A stretch of DNA of 64,000 bases from Tubulanus polymorphus (lineage: Eukaryota; Animalia; Nemertea), in assembly GCF_964204645.1 (NCBI RefSeq), contig NC_134034.1, forward strand, positions 5,244,914 through 5,308,913. The letters run 5' to 3'. The position numbers were made by a program, and so were the translations under genes. Positions within the stretch are counted from its first letter, which is position 1, and each line of letters starts with the position of its first letter. The notes under the pieces were generated by a model that worked only from the letters and a program-made list of their open reading frames with translations, did not search any database and was not told where the DNA came from. Shown piece by piece: positions 63,295-64,000 of the stretch.

Positions 63295-64000
63295 ATTGAA
63301 GCAAATTAATGGAAATCCGCAGTTAAATGTACCATCTTCAGATGATAAATCATAAACATAATGTGTTGGGTTATATATTTCAAATAAGTCTTTAACTTCT
63401 TCAGTTAAATCTTTTTCTGTGTGGCTTAAATTAAAGCAATTTGGTTTAGATTTAATCAATCCAATATTCATATTGAAGCCTAATGAATTACATAATATAT
63501 TAAACCCTGATATAGCAACTTTTCCTTTTTGAGCTAAAGATATTGCTGGAGAACTCGTAAATTTTCGTTAATCTCGTTAATTTTAGCACCATCTGCTGCG
63601 TAGAATCCAATGAAGAACCATTTTCTTAGATTATCTTTAGCATTTAATACATAGTCTGGAACTATCTTTTCTTAAACTGTAGTATTACTTTTAACTATTG
63701 CATGGATATAGAATTCGTCATTATATTTTGTAGCAAAATCCTCAGGGTTATTTACAAGTATTCTATAAACTGCTGTTGATTTCATATGATCCACGATTCT
63801 AAATGTTTTATGTGAATAAACTTCTTCACAGAATTTCTTAATTCTTTCTAATAATTTCAAATCTTGATTGCATAAATACCAGCAATATTGAGTGCGATTA
63901 ACATATTTATACACACCTGCTGAACCATCACCCATGAAAAATCCATTGATAAAATATTCTTTTTCTTCTAATGTTTGAGGTTCTATATTATAAATATTAT
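63295..64000 (-). mobile_element. Intein with LAGLIDADG homing endonuclease inserted in PolB motif C; N-terminal splicing domain lies beyond the window
   Basis: Block C FINGFFMGDGS, blocks D/E KIVPDYVLN..FFIGFYAADG, block H QKGKVAISGFNILCNSLGF, blocks F/G YVYDLSSEDGTFNCGFPLICFN followed by +1 Thr; one stop (63672) and one frameshift (about 63560). Confidence 0.88.

Larger units (their letters stand above)
48760..64000 (-). mobile_element. Maverick/Polinton endogenous virus, decayed, continuing past the right edge; left end approximate
   Basis: Sharp shift to very AT-rich, intronless, densely packed ORFs: integrase+chromodomain, packaging ATPase, capsid-like ORFs, protein-primed PolB. Confidence 0.9.

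Noticed and set aside
63295-64000. Hedgehog-type Hint domain or free-standing endonuclease instead of an intein
   Set aside because: Terminal Asn plus +1 Thr exactly at PolB motif C, with an embedded LAGLIDADG pair, fits a canonical intein.
48760-64000. AT-rich intronless block as bacterial or phage contamination
   Set aside because: The gene set is Polinton-type and it is interrupted by a eukaryotic Helentron-type repeat, which indicates integration in the host genome.

Overview
AT-rich eukaryotic DNA, probably from an invertebrate animal (spliceosomal introns, one intronless class-A GPCR), made almost entirely of nested mobile elements. From left to right: (1) a decayed BEL/Pao LTR retrotransposon (minus strand) whose pol is split by a 9.8-kb IS3EU-type DNA transposon (1359-11149, 297-bp TIRs). 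That transposon carries two convergent intron-containing genes, an integrase-fold transposase and a HECT E3 ligase, which both start with a homologous SAM domain. (2) An L1/Tx1 3' remnant and a GPCR gene. (3) Two AcademHP-like copies (PHD-containing transposase plus a RecQ-like helicase fragment). (4) An apparently intact 7-exon Sailor-type (DD83E) transposon with 227-bp TIRs and a C-terminal PHD finger. (5) A Sola-like transposase remnant. (6) From about 48.8 kb to the window end, a Maverick/Polinton endogenous virus, interrupted by a Helentron-type element carrying a 31-bp satellite. The most striking feature is at the right end: the Maverick protein-primed PolB contains an intein with a LAGLIDADG homing endonuclease, inserted in polymerase motif C (D|TD), and most Maverick ORFs start with a poxvirus-late-like TAAATG. 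Together these suggest a helper-virus-dependent, virophage-like history. Family names come from motif recognition by eye; no database search was run.
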